DNA from: the human T2T-CHM13v2.0 reference genome, Homo sapiens
Length of the DNA stretch: 64,000 bases
Assembly (NCBI RefSeq): GCF_009914755.1
Contig: NC_060930.1
Direction: 5' to 3' (one strand)
Under the pieces are notes generated by a model, which saw only the letters and a list, made by a program, of their open reading frames with translations, had not been told where the DNA came from and did not search any database. A program made the translations under genes and the position numbers. Below are positions 1 through 16,725 of the stretch, one piece after another. Position 1 is the first letter of the stretch. Each line of letters starts with the position of its first letter.

Positions 1-140
1 AGTGCAGTGGTGTGATCTCGGCTCATGGCAACCTCTGCCTCCTGAGTTCAAGCTATTCTCCCGCCTCAGCCTCCCAAGTAGCTGGGACTACAGGTGTGTG
101 CCACCACACCTAGCTAATTTTTGTATTTTTAGTAGAGATG
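1..140 (-). mobile_element. Alu fragment (right arm plus middle A-rich linker), cut by the window edge and abutting HERV-L
   Basis: Antisense Alu motifs: gatctcggctca, cctcagcctcccaagtagctgggactacagg, tttttgtatttttagtagaga. Confidence 0.9.
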
Positions 141-2292
141 AGGAAGACCTATGGATTTTTACCAGTATAAATGTGCACCAGAGAAAGGAAAATAATCAGA
201 CATTTTAGGGACTACAGAACACTGGGAGCAAGGTCCTGCCATCATCCACAGATAACTACTCTCCTTTTAAGAGACAGCTTTTGGCCTGCTCCTGGGCCTT
301 GTGCAAATGGAATGCAGAACTACAGCCTCTCTCTATGGTATCCCTAAAAGACAGTGGTGAAGGGAAATCCTCCCAGTGGGCAGAACTTCAGGCAGTACAC
401 CTGGTTGTGACTTTGCAGGAGAAGAAGAAATGGCCATATGTGAGATTACATACTAATTCATGGGCCGTAACAGATGGTTTGGTTGGAGGATCAGGGACTT
501 AGAAGAAACATGATTGGAAAATTGGTGACAATGAAATTTGGAGATGTATATACATAGATTACTTTGAATGTGCAAAAAATATAAAAATATTTGTGTCCCA
601 TACAAATGCTCACCAAAGGGTGACCTCAGCTGGGGAGGATTTTAATAATTACATAGCTAGGATGACTGTTCTGTGGATATCAGTCAGCCCTATTGCCAGC
701 CACCTCATGCTTGCCCAATGGGCGCATGAATAAAGTGGCCCCGGTGGCAGGGATGGAGATTATGCATGGGTTCAGCAACATCAGCTTCCACTCACCAAGG
801 CAAACCAGGCTACGGCCACTGCTGAGAGCCCAATATACCAGCAACAGAGATTGACACTGATCCCCTGCTATGGCACCATTCCCTGGGGAGATCAGCCAGC
901 TACCTGGTTGCAGGTTGACTAGATTGGACAGCTCCTATCGTGGAAGGGACAATGTTTTGACCTTACTTATTCTGGATATGAATTTGCCTTCCTTACATGC
1001 AATGCTTCTGCCAAAACTACCATTCATGGACTCACAGAATGCTTTATCCTCTGTCATAGTATTCCACACAGCATTGCTTCTCACCAATAACTCACTTCAC
1101 AGCTAAAGAAGTGCAGCAATGGGCCCATGCTCATGGAATTCACTAATCCTACCATATCCTTCATCATCCTGAACAGCAGCCTCGACAGGAAGATAAAATG
1201 ACTTTTTAAATTCTCAGTTACAGCACCAGCTAGGTGGCAATACCTTGCAGGCTGGGGCACAGTTCTCTAGAAGGCTGTATATGCTCTAAATCAGCATCCA
1301 ATATATGGTACTGTTTCTTCCATAGCCAGGATTCACAGGTCCAGGATTAAAGGGGTGGAAATGGGAGTGGCACTACTTACCATTACCCCCAGTGACACAC
1401 TAGTAAAATTTGTGCTTCCTGTTCCCATGACTTCATGCTCTGCTGGCCAAGAGGTCTTAGTTCCAGTGGGAGGAATATTACCACCAGTAGACATAACAAT
1501 GACTCTATTGAACTGGAAGTTAAGACTGCCACTAGGCCACTTTGGGCTCCTTATGCCTGGGTCAACAGGCCAAGGAGGGAGTTATAGTGTTGGCTGCATG
1601 GCTGATCTGACTACTAAGGGGAAATTGGACTACTGCTCAACAATGGAGGTAAGAAATAGTATGTTCGAAATACAAGAGATCCCTTAGAGTGTCTCTTAGT
1701 ATTACCATGTCCTGTGATTAAAGTCAATGGAAAACTACAGCAACTTAATCCAGGCAGAACTACTATTAGCTCAGATGCTTAAGGTATAAAGGTTTGGGTC
1801 ACTCTGCCAGGTAAAAAACCATAACCAGTTGAGGTGCTTGCTGAAGGCAAAGGGCATACAGAATAGGTAGTAGAAGAAAGTAGTTATCAATACCACCTAC
1901 AATTGTGTGACCAGTTATAGAAACAAGAACAGTAATTTTTATGAGTTTTTATCCTTATATTGTTATAAATGCTTTGTGTGTCTATGAACATACACTTAGG
2001 AAATATCTAAGTTTTCTTTTCTCTCTTACTTCCTTATGATGTAACATAAAGTGTATTGACTTTATACCAGGATTTAAGTATTATTAATATTAAATCAGTA
2101 TTTAAGTTATAGAAAATCAGGAGAGTAAACTTTACTCAAGAGCTTTGCCTCTTCTTTTAGGGAAGGGATTTTTGGTTGTATACAGCATAGTTGTATCATG
2201 TTAGGTGGAATTATGACTCTGCTGTCTTTATTTATAGATTAAGTATGATGTAAAAAGATGTGTGTGGGTGCCAGATTAGCAAGGGGTGGACT
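141..2292 (+). mobile_element. HERV-L (ERVL) internal region, degenerate and internally deleted: protease remnant, RNase H, integrase, dUTPase
   Basis: ORF 281-502 has LKDSGEGKSSQWAELQAVHLVV (ERVL RNase H). ORF 1355-1687 has GGILPP..LNWKLRLPLGHFGLLMP (ERVL dUTPase). Polypurine tract aaggggtggact at 2281-2292 directly precedes an LTR. Confidence 0.88.
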
Positions 2293-2747
2293 TGTGATGG
2301 TGAATTTTTCAATTTGACTTGGCTAAGGGATGCTCAGATAGCTGGTAAAACATTTCTTCTGAATTTGTCTGGAGGGTGTTTTCAGATAAGATTAGTGCTT
2401 TAAATAGTAAACTGCATGACGAATATCTGCCCTCACCAATGTTGGCAGGCAACAGCCAATCTATTGAGGGCCTGAATAGAACAGAGGAAGAGAGAATCCA
2501 TTCTTTCTGTATGAGCTGGGACATCCATCCTTTCCTGCCATTAGACATTGGAGTTTCTGATTCTCCAACATTGGGACTTGAACTGAATTATAGCACTGGC
2601 TTTCCTGGTTCTTCAGCTTACAGACAGCGGTTCTTGGTAACATCTTGTTCTCCATAATCACATGAGCTAATTCCCATAATTAATCTCCTGTTACATACAT
2701 ATATATCTTATTGGTTCTCTTTTTTTTTTAGATACCTGCTTAATACA
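2293..2747 (+). mobile_element. MLT2 (MLT2B-like) 3' LTR of HERV-L
   Basis: Starts TGTGATGG right after the PPT, contains ggctaagggatgctcagatagctggtaaaacatt typical of MLT2B, ends taataCA. Confidence 0.85.
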
Positions 2748-2764
2748 AAGGGTTAGTGATTACA

Positions 2765-2955
2765 TTGGGCTTTGAAATTCAATAGGCTGGATTTGAACTC
2801 TTGCTGGCTCCATCACTCACTAGCTGATTCCCATAGTTTTTTCAGCTATAAAATGGGGCTAATAATTGGCTGGTTGTGAGGATTAAATGAGCTAACACAA
2901 GGAGAGCCTTTGGAGTAGGCCTGGCACATTTAACTGCTCAATACATCTTAGTTTC
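2765..2955 (+). mobile_element. MIR SINE remnant
   Basis: MIR core-like tataaaatggggctaataat...ttgtgaggattaaatgag...cctggcaca...tgctcaata. Confidence 0.7.
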
Positions 2956-5900
2956 AAACTACACAACAATCATCATGTCAATGAATCCAATGAACCCCTT
3001 GAGTTGCCCATGAGGCAACATCTAGGTCATTTTCTCACAGTTTGTTTTGTAGGAAAGGTCGTGACCTGTAAAATCTTTTGTAGCAAGGTTCTGCTTAGTC
3101 AGAACCTTCCTTAAGCATTGAATGGGCATTTATCCTCTGTTAAAATAAACATGCTATGAACCTAAAACTGCTATAGAAAATAAAATTTATTTAAAAAAGA
3201 AAAATAACACTGATGAATGATGAAAGCAGAAATATCCTTTCTTTTTCCTAAATTGCTCAGATAATTCTCTCAATCTTTGTATCGCATCAATGATTGGGTC
3301 CTGGCTAATCAATATATCAAGTTTAAAATAAGAAAGTAATAAGATGGAATGAAAAATAATTAATCTGGAAGTGAGCCTGGCCTCCTCCCTTTCTCCTGAC
3401 TCCAAGGCAAAGCACTGATTGCTAGAACCACTTTCCCTCCTGGAGAAGACGGGGTGTCTCTGCCTGGGAGAGTGGGTGGATGGAGATGCATGGGAGAGTG
3501 TGGAATAGGCAGGTTGGGGGGCTGGGAGAGAAGAGCCACCTGAGGGTGGAAAGATTTGGTGCACTGAGAAGAGAGGCACGCAGAGCATGTGAGAGGGGCA
3601 TTTCAAAGGAAAGGGAATTGCTGTAAGAGTAGCTGTGGGTATGTATTTTGATCCCTTTCACAGTTTTATTGTTTTGTTTTTTAAAAAACCCCACTGAAAT
3701 AAAGGATTAATGTAACTTTCAAAAATTTATTTTGGTCATTGGTCTGTGATTCTGCAACTCTGTCAGCATCTCAGAAAAGTATAAGGCCAACTCAATTTGG
3801 CAAAGGATTCAGAAATATCCTTTTGAACTTGAAAATCCAAATGTGATAGTCTACAGATTCCCCAGTCCCAAAATATCAGAGTCTATTGTGTTTTAAAATG
3901 TGCATTCCATTCCTTTTGGAATGCCTCACTCACAGGCCAGAGCGCCTGCCCCATTTCCAGTCCCTTTCCAGCATCTCCCCAAAGTTCAGCTTCTGCCCTA
4001 GCATGAGCTCCTTTACTAAGACACAAATCTGATTGCATTATTCACCTGCCTTTGTTCACCACTGGCTTCCTCTCTCTAGCAGCATCCAGTTCATGCTTCT
4101 TAAATGATCCTGGCCCTCTACAGCCCCTCCTCCTAAATAAAACTCTCTACCCCACGGGAGCCCAGAACACTACAGCAGACCCCCAAACAAGCTCGCTGCT
4201 GTGCACACCCAAGCCTTCACAAAGGCTGCTGCTTTGAAACGTGCCGCCCACCCTTCCTGCCTACAGAATTTCTACGAGGACTCCCTTGAAAACCTCCTGG
4301 CTGCCTACCTGGCTGTCCCACCTCTGTCCAAAGAGAGGAAAGCTTTTCCTTTATGGCTTTCTCTGCCATGTGTAAATCCTGAATTTTGCTGTAAGCATTA
4401 ATGTTTCTCCAGCAGGTCTGCAGTTCAAAGGACGTGAACTTGTCCTTTGTTCATGCTAGACACTCAGTGGTGGAGGGTAGATTAAATGAATGAATGTGCT
4501 CATCATCTCTGGGTTGTTTCATTGTGTTTGTTTGCTTGCTTTTTAAGGACACCTGGAGCATCTAATGACCATATTCCCATTGTTTTTAACCCAAAGAAGT
4601 TCAAAAGTAGCCCACAGGAACTTATTTTATTTTTCCTGTGATTTTTTTTTCCACTTTGAAAATCTATGTCTCTCATTAGCTGTTAAGTCTTTAGAGACAT
4701 CTGAACACTTTCAATCTCATAATTGAAGACCATTTAATGCTATGAAGCCATATACCCACTGGGAGACCCTCTGGATTCATCTGAGCCATTCTAGAAGCCA
4801 CAAAAATATTTTTCTATTTTCACGGGAACTTATGGGTGCCTTGTACATGGTAGACATTGACAAATATGGAACTGAACCAACGTCTTGAAGACAATATAAT
4901 GTGGCAGAGAAAGGAAAGCACCTGCCCAGGAAGAAACCTCAAACCTTGCGGAATGTAATGATCTACCCTCTCCGCTGATGTTCTTGGGCTACTGAGCACA
5001 GCTGGAGGAAAGCCTCCTAGTGAATTGGTTGTTCCTCCTATGATCTCTTGGGCTTGGGCATCATCAGGCCCTCCCCACTCCTGAATTTCTCTAAGGAGCT
5101 GTTTTTCGATTTTCCACTTTCTTCAAACCATCCATCCTCTACTTTCCTAAGAGAAAACAGAAGCCATTTGATGAAAATTCTAGTAAATCCGCCACTAAAA
5201 CTTTGAATATTTTTAAAGAATGCTTTCTATTACATACATTAGAAAACCTAACTCAGCTGACTGAATTAGTAAGCTAATTTTATCAGCTCACATCTCAACA
5301 AGTGTTGTAGCAGGGCCTGTGAGTTTGGTTTTTCAGCAGCTCAGTGATGTTGTCAAGGGCCCAGGGTTTTTTTCCATCTCTCTTCTGTACTATGTCAGCT
5401 TGTCGACAGGCACTACATCCCCATGCAGCAACCTTTAGTGGAAGAAAAATTGTTCCCAGAAACATTACCAAGCCCCATAGCAAATTTCCCTTCATACCTA
5501 CTTGACCAGAACTAGATCGTACGCCCACCCCTAAATCAACCCCTGGCAAGAGGAATATTTCCATGTTTAGCTTCTTCTAGATTAAACCAAGCATCAAGTT
5601 CTCTTTCTTAAGAGGCTGAAAACTGAAAATTGGAGGATGGACTTACCCCCAAATCCATCCCTCCTTTCCTAACAGTTTCACTCACTGCTCTTTCCCTGCA
5701 CATGGTGCAGAGCATGATTAATATGTGTTGAGTTGATAAGTGAAGCTTGGCTCCTTGTCTTGGCCCTGCCACTAACCAGCCATGTTAAAATACTGAATGA
5801 ACTTCTTGGACCTCTGTTTCCTGTTCTGCAAAAGGAGGGATTTAGTATAGCTTAAGGCCAACTATCACTGGCTCCATCTCCACGACTTCCTAGTGAAGTG

Positions 5901-6583
5901 AACAAAAGGTTCCCATACCTTAGGAGTGCCCAGCCTGCCCAGAGAGTGGCTGTGACTCCTTGTGGAAATTGTCAGCAATGACAGCTGTTGATGACAAGAG
6001 GTGTAGTAGTCACCTTTGTCAAAGCCCAGTCATGGTTCAGCAGGCAGAAGTCTGCATGCCTTCAAACCAGCTTTAGTTTCAGCTCAAGGCAGCAAACAAG
6101 GCAATTTCTTCCTAGGAATGCTGCCTGGCCCTGTCCATCCTGCCCAGGGAAACTTTGCAGGCCTTGCCACTTCTCAGGGTGAGGCAGTTGAGAGTTTATC
6201 ACCATAAGCCATTGTTTTCACAGCAGTGAGAGCTCTGGACTTTCCCAGGAATTCCACTGGAATGTAAACAGTCTTCAGATCCCAGGCAGAAACCAGCGGA
6301 TATCCTGAGCTGTCCAAAGTCCCATGTTGGATCCCAAAGATTTGATTTCTTTTTTTTTTTAAATCTTAAAATGTATTTTTGCTCATTAGATACATTTCTT
6401 TTTCTATCTCTAAATATTTAACACCCCTGATATCAGTTAATATTAATGATCTGGAATGAAAGAATAAATCAACTGAATAATAATTCTGTAATGAAAGTGT
6501 CATGCAAACAAATCTCCATGTTTCTGAACTCTATAAACTGTTAGAAACACAAGCTCATCAAATGTCCACCTTTTCATTGTCTC

Positions 6584-6883
<300 letters not shown>

Positions 6884-7204
6884 TTACAATTCTGAATTGT
6901 TGTTGTTGTTGTTGTTTAATGAAATACAAATTCCTCTCCTTCCTATGCAAAAGTGCTCGGCCATCCAGCACGGCCTTCAAGCAGGGGACTTCAGAAAGAT
7001 AGTCCACAGGAAGCCTGGGACTAAAAACTTGATGTTATTCAACTTGTGTGTTGATGATGACTGTAGGGCTAATGTTTTTCTGATTCTGTCTCTTAGATTC
7101 TCTCTGGACTATTTCATGGCTCAGGAACCACATCCTCCTTCCCCACTTCCTGAGTGTATGGGATGGCCACATATACTGAAGCTCAATCTTATGAAAAGAG
7201 CATT

Positions 7205-7430
7205 TCAGAGGCAGGAGGATCTGGATTTGAATTCCGGCTTGATCCTGGGCTGAACAGGACCAGTTCTGCTTTCTGCCCTGGGGCAAGTTACCCAACATCG
7301 CTGAGCATCTGTTTCCTTCACTATAAAATGAGGATGATGATACCACGTGGGATTGTTGAGAAGATAAAAAGAGAAAGCACTTGAAAAGCTTCTAAACATG
7401 ACCTCTCACAAAGCTGTTCAATAACTGTTA
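7205..7430 (+). mobile_element. MIR SINE remnant
   Basis: ctggatttgaattccggct...gggcaagttaccc...ctgagcatctgtttccttcactataaaatgagga. Confidence 0.65.
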
Positions 7431-8350
7431 GCTCCCTTTTCTCCTCCTTGCAGCTGCTGTTTCCTGGAGTTGCAAACGTTTCTAGGTGAGCTCATGTGAG
7501 ACCATCTGAAACATTCCAAGAAGTAGTCCAGATGTAAAGACAGCTTTATCTTTGGCCAGGTGCAGTCTTACTAGAATGGCCCATCCTGGTAGAGAATCAT
7601 GTGGCCCCTTAGACAACTATGACACCAGGAATTGGATGAAACAAAGTTTCAGCTACAGGATGAGGATATATAGATAAATGTTGATGACATATTTCTTTCC
7701 TTTTTTGGTTTCCTTTTCCCTTGAAAATGCTTTCAGATCTCTGAGACATCCCGTTGTCATCTTCCTCTTTTAAAACCCTTCGTGTGCTCTTTTCTATGAA
7801 GGGCTGGTTGGCAGCTGATGAGGCCCCAGGCTGGAAGGAACTCACCGGCTCATGGCTCACCAACCCTTAACTACAGCTGGGCAGGCAAGGAGGGAGGCTG
7901 CAATTTCATTCACTTCTTTAGATTGATGTTTTGACATCTTTAGAAGCCTCTGTTAAAATGGAAATGTGGAATCTGAGTAGTGTGGTCAAACTGGTATACG
8001 AGGACATTTTGGTGGTGACTCAAGTCTGATGAAGCTTTTCTAGTAATTTGTGCCTTCCATTTCCTAGGAACAAGAGTGAGTGAGGACTAAGGACACAAAA
8101 CAGCAGCAGTTTCAGCCCCACTCCTATAATATTCTAAAAGCTTGTCCTTAGATCTTGATATTCTTCTCTCAGGCAGAGAGCTTAAGAATATTAGAGAAAT
8201 ATCCTGATACTTTTGCATTTTAAGGTAAGCCACAGCCAGAAAGAACAATGGGAGGCCCAGAAGCCCACCTCCAACCACTCCAACCAGATACACCAAGGAC
8301 TCTGGCTCAGACCAGATACAGCCACCTTGGTGATCCAGAGAGGCCTCCTG

Positions 8351-8490
8351 CTGGGTGCAGTGGCTCAAGCCTGTAATCCCACCACTTTGAGAAGCTGAGG
8401 TGGGAGGATTGCTTGAAGCCAGGAGTTCAAGACCAGCCTGGGCAACATAGCAAGACCCCATCTCTACAAAAGAAAAAAAGAGAGAGAGAG
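8351..8490 (+). mobile_element. Alu monomer (FLAM / left arm)
   Basis: Single arm gggtgcagtggctca...aggattgcttgaagccaggagttcaagaccagcctgggcaacatagcaagacc with an A/AG tail. Confidence 0.85.
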
Positions 8491-9824
8491 TGAGAGAGGC
8501 CTCCTATCAGGAATCATGCTCAAGTTCCAATTCAATTTCAATGAGAGATAAGGGAGTAAACAGCAGGAAGGAGGGAGATTCCAGAAGACCCCAAGACTGC
8601 ATTGTTGGGCTGTCATTGTTCATGGGAATTACTCACCCATGGGTCTCCATCGGGTTTCACCCACAGGTCTGTGCACCATGTCTTGCTCTCTAGGAACCAG
8701 AACATCTCTATGGTTCTTTGGATAGAAGTACTCTATTTCAGTGACTCTTAGATTTTTGTTTATTTTTAAAAAGGGATAGTTGTGGTGAATTGCATTAGGA
8801 TTACTAAAATAAAAGCATTAAGAAACTCCCCAAAACTCCAAATACATCTGGAGTCATTCTTTCCTAATAGGGACAATATTTTATTACCAAAAATGATAGA
8901 AGGGTTAGAAGGGCCTAAGTCTCAGGATAAAGGATAGTTCATTGCATTTAACTAATTCACATTCAGAAAAATGTTTTTCAAATTGATCTTATTTTTCTTA
9001 TTTTGCCATGGATTGATAAAACTTTATCACAAATTAGAACAGAGAATTAGGAGGTCTATGTTTAAATCCAGACCCTGATGCTATTTACATCCCCTAGGCA
9101 AAGGAATTATTCTCTCTGACTTTTATTTTGTTATTTCCTAAAGGAAAGAATTGTATTAGTTGATTTCTTAAGCAGCTCTCACTTTCTTTGAGCTCCTATT
9201 TCTCTGATTGTAATGTGGAAAACTGAGCTCTATTTCATACATAACCACACCCTTCATCTAACATTTTATAACAAATATTGTTTCCCTGATTTCTCCATTT
9301 GCAGCCCAGATAACAACTCTCTTCCTAGGATTAGTGAAAGCTTGTAGTATCATACAAAACCCAGTAATTTTCCCACTAATCGGGGAGTTTCCCAGAATTA
9401 TCTGCCAAAGGTTATTTTGGCACCTAACAACGTTTTTTACTTTTCCGTCATCAGTATTATCATCAACAAAAAATATTTCTTAAGTTAACAAGGAAAATAC
9501 TGAATACAGAGAATAAAGACATAATCATAGAATGGGTAAAAGTTCAGGCAGTCTGTTAGAGAGCAGTACTTTTCTCATATCTTAACCACATCAAGGACCT
9601 GGGACAGGGATGATGGTGATTGGAGCGGCAGCTTTGAGGGTCACATACTGATGTCGTCAGTGGAAAGAGAAGCCAGCACCCCCCTTCTCATCAGTCCAAA
9701 ACCATCATAGAAAAAAAAAAACAGGATTACGTAAGAAGTTGGACTATGGGGAGGGCAGGAGAAGTGAGACTTTATGGGGCCAGATGTCAAGGACATTTCA
9801 CAAAAGAGAGCCATACCTTAGATC

Positions 9825-10041
9825 AATGCTGCGACTGGCTCCCAGAGACATTTAGTCATGTCTGGAAACATCTTTGATTATCACATCTGTGAAGGAGTGC
9901 TATTGGCATCTAGAGAGTAGAAGCCAGAAGTGCTGCTAAACATCCCAGAGAACACAGTCACCCTATAAACACAGGGCAGCCCCCACAATGAAGAATTATC
10001 CAGCCCAAAATGTCAATGGTGTTGAAGTTGAAAAATCCTGC
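9825..10041 (+). mobile_element. MER20 (hAT-Charlie) DNA transposon remnant
   Basis: tgctattggcatctag...tgctgctaaacatcc...gcccccacaatgaagaattatccagcccaaaatgtcaat matches the MER20 pattern. Confidence 0.8.
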
Positions 10042-11079
10042 ATTGGAGTAAACTTGAGAGTGATCATGAGACTAAGAGCAAGAGAACATTTGACGTCGGT
10101 GTGATAAACAAGGAAAGGGATATCTTTGAGGCAGAGAAGAGGAAAGTGAGGAGGTACATTCCTTACCAAAATCTGGACACCTCCCATCCTTTACTGAGGT
10201 TCTAGAATCAGTCCTAAGAAGTACAGAAGATCTAGCATCCAGGCCGGGCCTGTTGTCCTGAGAGCAGAAGCAGGGAGTTGGGATGAAAAGCAGAGGGACT
10301 ACTGCTCTCCCTCATCAGTGCATTTACCATGGAAAACTGCTGGTGTGAAGATGGCTAAGACCACACTGAATGAGAAGGAATGAGAGCAAGTGACGTGAGG
10401 GCCAAGTCGTCAGACCCAGAGCAAAGCATGGTGAGCAAAGTGGATCTGCTCCCTCAAGAGGTGCAAACCTAACTCCTGGACTTTCCCCAGCTCAGAGCAG
10501 CTGCCCTGTTAGAACAGGGCCACAACATTGCTGGGGTTTGGCACACAAAAATCCCTGACCTTAAGTGCTCTGAGTTACTAAATAATCCCAGGGTAATTAG
10601 GTAGTCCCAAGGGAATCCCATAGTTTAAAACTATGGGCTCCTGAAGGTCCTGTTTGGTCCCTAAAGTCTTACTAAGATTCATTATTTCCTTAATCAATAG
10701 TTATTGAATACCTATTACTTGCCAGGTCTGTCCAGCAGGTGAGAAAACAATTGGAAGCAGAAACAGACATAGTCCTCTCATGCCTAGCACTTAGAGTCTT
10801 TCAGGAGAAATAGTAAGTAAGCAAATCATCATGCAAGTATCATAGCTGAAATGCATGCTCTGAAGGCATGAGGGAGTATCATGGGGTGTCTGTTAGTCAT
10901 GGGGGAACGGGGCAGCCTTTCCGTGAAAATGGGGCCAGGAAGGCCTTTTAACTAAGGGGGATTTACTGGCAAAAAGACTGTGAATTTACATTCTTGATAG
11001 TGTGTCCAAGTGAGGTTGTAGGTTCAGGTGCATTGACCCTCTGACAGGACTGAGAGAAGTTGCTAAGTCCCCCCGAAAC

Positions 11080-12030
11080 AACCTCATATTCTGTCTTTTC
11101 AATCTCAGTGGAGGCCAACTAAATTTTCCAGTACTCAGGCCAAAAGTCTTGGGTCACCCTTTACTCTGCTCTTTCTCACGTCTCACAATGAATGAATCTC
11201 TACTTAAATTTTGCTAGTTCTATGTTAAGATTGTATGCAGAATCTGGCCATTTCTCATCAACTCCACTATACCCTCAGTGCAAGCCACCAGCACCCCTCC
11301 TCTGGCTGCCTTCAGCAGCCTCCTAACTGATCTCCTGACTCCTGTCCTTGCTCCCTAGTCTATTCTGAAAATAGCAGCTAGCATAATTCTTGCTCCCTAC
11401 AGTCTATTCTTGCTCCCTACAGTCTATTCTGAAAATAGCAGCTAGCATAATTCTTTTAAAATGAATGTCAGATCACATTGCTTGTTTGTTCAAAACCTTC
11501 TAATGATTCCCCATTGCACTCAAGAGTAAAAGCCAAAGTCCTCCCTAAAACCCACAAGGCAATTCACAATCCACCTTCCCTGAATCATGTTCTAGGCCCC
11601 ACCTACCTCCTTGCCTCCAGCACACTGGACTCCTTTATTATTCCAGACACTCTCCTTCCTCAGGCTCTTTGCATGGGCTGCTTGCTCCCCTCGCCTGGAG
11701 TGCTCCTCCTCCCCATGGCCACATGGCTCCCTGCTTCATGAACTACAAGTCTCTGCTCAGATGCCATCTTCTCCATGAAGTGTGCCCTGACTATCCAACT
11801 CAAAATTACAACCTACCCCTCTGCACACATTCCCCACTGCCATTCCCTGCAGTCTGTTTTTCCATAGCACTTATTACTATTTCCCATCCTCTCTATATAA
11901 CAGACTTATTTAGTTTATTCATTGTTTATCTTCCCCCATTAGAATTGTATGCTCTTAGAGGCAGAGATTTTAGTCTGCTTTGTTCACTGATATATTTGAG
12001 CATCCAGTAGAGTGCTTGGCATATACATGT
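11080..12030 (+). mobile_element. L2 LINE 3' portion
   Basis: L2-type motifs: tcagatcacattgc...aaaaccttctaatgattcccc...agagtaaaagccaaagtcct...ggcagagattttagtctgctttgttcactg...agtgcttggcatata. Confidence 0.8.
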
Positions 12031-12037
12031 ACACAGC

Positions 12038-12038
<1 letters not shown>

Positions 12039-12083
<45 letters not shown>

Positions 12084-12324
12084 GATAGATAGATAATAGG
12101 TAGATGATAGATAGATGATAGATAATAGATAGATGATGATAGATGATGATAGATAGATAGATAGACAGATAGATAATAGGTAGATGATAGATAGATGATA
12201 GATAATAGATAGATGATGATAGATGATGATAGATAGATAGATAGACAGATAGATAATAGGTAGATGATAGATAGATGATAGATAATAGATAGATGATGAT
12301 AGATAGATAGATAATAGATAGATA
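12039..12324. repeat. Compound (GATA)n microsatellite with an 80-bp higher-order repeat
   Basis: Pure GATA run, then the marker agataatagg recurs at 12091, 12171 and 12251 (period 80). Confidence 0.95.
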
Positions 12325-12463
12325 TGAAAAAACCATGGCTATTCATTCCATTGCTATGTAGATTTATAAATTAATATTTTAAATAAATCTTACAATTGTA
12401 CAATAGTGAACACAGTTAGATTGCATTGCAGTTCATAAAAATAATCATTTTTTTCAATATAAG

Positions 12464-12760
12464 CTTTTTTTTCTTTTTTTTTGAACGAACGTCTTGCTCT
12501 ACTGCCCAGGCTGGAGTGTAGTGGTGCGATCACAGTTCACTGCAGCCTTGACCTCCTGGGCTATAGCCATCCTCCTGCTTCAATCTCCTGAGTAGCTGGG
12601 ACTAAAAGTGTGCACCACCACACCCAGCTATGTTTTTGATTTTTGTAGAGGGGAGGTTTTATCTTGTTGCACATATCTCAAACTCCTGGGCTCAAGCAAT
12701 TCTCCCACCTTGGCCTCCCAAAGTGTTGGGATTACAGGCTTGAGCCACTTTGCCCAGCCT
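12464..12760 (-). mobile_element. Alu, AluJ-like
   Basis: Poly-T then antisense Alu with gatcacagttcactgcagccttgacctcctggg (J-type). Confidence 0.88.
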
Positions 12761-12804
12761 AGACATTTTAAATATAGAATTTCATTAATTTGATTGAAGT
12801 ATGT

Positions 12805-15918
<3,114 letters not shown>

Positions 15919-16438
15919 AATGAACAGGGATCTTTTTAAAATGGAAGTGGTTGGTCCTTGATGTCTGGCTTCCCTTGCTAATAAATAAACCCAGAGAACT
16001 ATTTGCAATGGTGTAGCATTTAGAATCAACAGGCTTCAAAACAGAGAGGGTCTATTCTGTTTTGTTTTGAAGTCACCCTTTGCAAAAAACATATGGTAAT
16101 CTCGGGCAGCCCATGAAGCAATCGGCAAGATCTGAAGGATGAGAACAGTGTGTTCTTTGAAATCCCTCTGACAAGCAGACAGTCCCTCCTTCCCTCAAAC
16201 CATCCTCAAAGGGAAGTGTGTCGGCTTGGGCAGTAATGAGACGGTGTGGGAATTCCCCTGTCCCCTTGGTTCACTTTACAGACAAAGTTCATTAGGGTTA
16301 AAGATGGGTCATTCCCATCCACAGATTCCTTCACTTGAAATCAAGACTTCTTGGGAAATATAAATTTGGAGAACAGGTAACAGTGAACTATAGTTCCCCC
16401 CAAAACAAATTTTTTAAAAATCAGGTGGTATTAAAAAT

Positions 16439-16473
16439 TGCTGTTTCATGACATTACCAATAGATGGCAGCAC
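16439..16473 (+). promoter_or_regulatory. Candidate CTCF site with upstream (ZF9-11) module
   Basis: TGCTGTTTC-N6-TTA-CCAATAGATGGCAGCA: core close to CCASYAGRKGGCRS with a TGCWGT-type upstream motif at the usual spacing. Motif match only. Confidence 0.6.
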
Positions 16474-16694
16474 GGGATTCATCTTCGCCCATAAGCAGCT
16501 TCACCCCTGCTTTTCCTGGCGAATGTTCACTGACAACTCGGCCTCAGGACTTTGACGCTCTTGGTGTCATCAGAGAGCAATTTGAGGTGTGCAATAAAAT
16601 CTTTGGGTTCCCCGCCCCGCCTTCTGTAGGTGACCTCAAACCACAATCACCAATCGACTGCGGTGCTGTGACCTGGAAAAACAGCAAGGAAACT

Positions 16695-16725
<31 letters not shown>

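Noticed and set aside
11347-11455. Interspersed short direct repeats resembling a CRISPR array
   Set aside because: The spacers are themselves duplicated, there are no cas genes, and the context is a eukaryotic L2.
11926-12346. Two overlapping 120-136 aa ORFs rich in YLSI
   Set aside because: They are translations of the GATA microsatellite, not genes.
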